A stretch of DNA of 9,983 bases from Octopus sinensis (Eukaryota): positions 1 to 9,983 of the forward strand of contig NW_021826674.1 in the NCBI RefSeq assembly GCF_006345805.1, written 5' to 3'. The translations under genes and the position numbers were made by a program. Below the pieces are notes generated by a model that had not been told where the DNA came from, ran no database searches, and saw only the letters and a list, made by a program, of their open reading frames with translations. Positions within the stretch are counted from its first letter, which is position 1, and every line of letters starts with the position of its first letter. Positions 8,742 through 9,983 of the stretch are shown one piece after another.

Positions 8742-9137
8742 ATTCCTTGGTTTGGATTTGGAAACACTGAAAATAAGAACATACCCTTTCGAAGATCTGC
8801 TCCCAACTAACAGTGCCAACAAATTCAAATAAGCAAGAGAAGAATCTCTGTTCTCCCCTTTCCACCAGCGTGGGTTAAAATCATCAAACACTATGCTTAT
8901 TTCGGTAAAATCCGAAGCATTAATCAGAGGGAGATTAATTATAATTTCAACAATTGAGGGCAAAATTAATTAATTATTAATCAATTTCACCAAGTGTTCA
9001 GTATGCAAAGGGACCATTCAAGGCGAATTCAAATTATTACATTATATAAAAGGGCTTAGTAAAATAAATTACTTTGCCGCATACTGAACTCATTAGAAAT
9101 AGCAGCTAAAAAACTTTTTTAAAGCTATTGATTTTAA

Positions 9138-9319
9138 AGCATTTGATTTTTCGATGTCCTTACCCCCAAACTTTTGTGAGTTGAATTAAGCAAACACTAT
9201 ATATGAGAGAGATTTTCTTTAAGTATTAGAAATAGCTTTAAAAAAGTTTTTTAGCTGCTATTTCTAATGAGTTCAGTATGCGGCAAAGTAATTTATTTTA
9301 CTAAGCCCTTTTATATAAT
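9138..9319 (+). repeat. 182-bp inverted copy of part of the array unit (reverse complement of the 7412-7593 equivalent)
   Basis: agcatttgatttttcgatgtcc...ctaagcccttttatataat is the reverse complement of unit 1 positions 7412-7593. Confidence 0.95.
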
Positions 9320-9365
9320 ATATATATTTTTATATATATATGTATATATATATGTGTGTATATAT
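9320..9365. repeat. (TA)n/(TG)n microsatellite
   Basis: Directly visible. It forms the right flank of the array insertion. Confidence 0.93.
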
Positions 9366-9428
9366 GCAGTTAATTTTAGTACCATGCACTACACACTGAA
9401 ATAATAAGTTTTGCATCTTTTCTTAAAG

Positions 9429-9470
9429 GTACTGAAGATAATTATGCGACTATTCCAGATGAAGCTCTCA
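9429..9470 (+). CDS. candidate 42-nt internal coding micro-exon of an unknown host gene (phase 1-1, xTEDNYATIPDEAL)
   Basis: Pyrimidine-rich acceptor ttttgcatcttttcttaaAG, consensus donor GTAAGT at 9471-9476, length divisible by 3 and an open frame. There is no homology evidence. Confidence 0.5.
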
Positions 9471-9520
9471 GTAAGTATAATTACCACCAAATGACAAATA
9501 ATTTTGCATTGGTTTCAATG

Positions 9521-9598
9521 TTTGGCACAAGGCCAGCAAATTTTTAGGAGGGAGAAATCAATTTCATCAACCCATTGCTCAATCTGTACTTACTTTAT
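9521..9598 (-). mobile_element. SINE family 1 fragment, copy E
   Basis: tttggcacaaggccagcaaattttt matches 716-738, and the following 50 nt are colinear with copy C. Confidence 0.75.
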
Positions 9599-9611
9599 GT
9601 GTATGTGTGTA

Positions 9612-9652
<41 letters not shown>
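9599..9652. repeat. (TG)/(TA)n microsatellite
   Basis: Directly visible. Confidence 0.95.
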
Positions 9653-9805
9653 GTGGAGGCACAATAGCCCAGTTGTTAGGGCAGCATACTTGCAGTCACA
9701 TCTGTGGAGTGCTCAGCCACTTGCACGTTAATTTCATGAGCCAGCGGTTCCATTAATCAGATCAAATGGAACCCTCGTTGTCGTAACTGACAGAGTACCA
9801 CCACC
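9653..9805 (+). mobile_element. third SINE family, internally deleted (tRNA-like A-box head joined to 3' tail)
   Basis: It has an A-box-like tagcccagttgttagg but no B box, then tctgtggagtgctcagccacttgcacgttaatttc, a 9-bp stem-loop ggttccatt/aatggaacc (9746-9773) and an (ACC)n tail. It resembles an octopus SINE as recalled. Confidence 0.6.
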
Positions 9806-9983
9806 ATATATATATACAGTTTGATGAAAAGTTACCCAACAGCAAATCAAATTTCCATAAATACTCTCTGCTGTCATTCTGTATTGACTCAAATGGAAAA
9901 ATGTGTCACTCAAGAAGGACTTCAGTTTGAACAATTTCCATGATGTTTTACATTTAGTTGCTTTTATTAAACCCCGTGCCGGG

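Larger units (their letters stand above)
7320..9129 (-). repeat. head-to-tail tandem array of about 541-bp non-coding units (3 full plus 1 partial), retrozyme-like
   Basis: Units start at aacaattgaggg at 7320, 7861, 8403 and 8949. Copies differ almost only by small indels. Each full unit has a hammerhead motif on the minus strand. Confidence 0.95.

Noticed and set aside
7538-8963. Repeated 69-aa ORF (7538-7747, 8078-8287) and 75-aa minus ORF (8736-8963) in the array
   Set aside because: They have non-ATG or weak starts and no recognisable motif, and they are not preserved in all units because indels break them. The unit is treated as non-coding.
7320-9129. CRISPR array or simple satellite interpretation
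   Set aside because: There are no unique spacers and the context is eukaryotic. A plain satellite does not explain the intact hammerhead and the 5' inversion.
9960-9983. GC-rich end aaccccgtgccggg, possibly the start of another element
   Set aside because: It is cut by the window edge and cannot be assessed.

Overview
AT-rich, repeat-dense eukaryotic DNA with no intact long ORF. The SINE and microsatellite content resembles octopus/cephalopod repeats; this is recalled family resemblance, not a search result. From left to right the window holds: decayed tRNA-derived SINEs and microsatellites (1-2056); a decayed Penelope-like element (PLE) on the minus strand with an RT-thumb/GIY-YIG pseudogene and a relic hammerhead motif in its 3' region (about 2060-3760); a full-length but dead Tc1/mariner transposon with TIRs and TA duplication (3926-5176), apparently nested in a second PLE GIY-YIG fragment (about 3913-5580); a short Helitron/HINE-like element; and a 1.1 kb TA tract. 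The main signal is 7320-9319: about 3.3 near-identical head-to-tail non-coding units of about 541 bp. Each full unit carries a minimal type I hammerhead ribozyme on the minus strand, and the array is capped by a 182-bp inverted segment with a templated junction and flanked by TA repeats. This is the architecture expected of a retrozyme or PLE-derived ribozyme repeat copied from a self-cleaving (possibly circular) RNA. A 42-nt candidate host micro-exon lies at 9429-9470.
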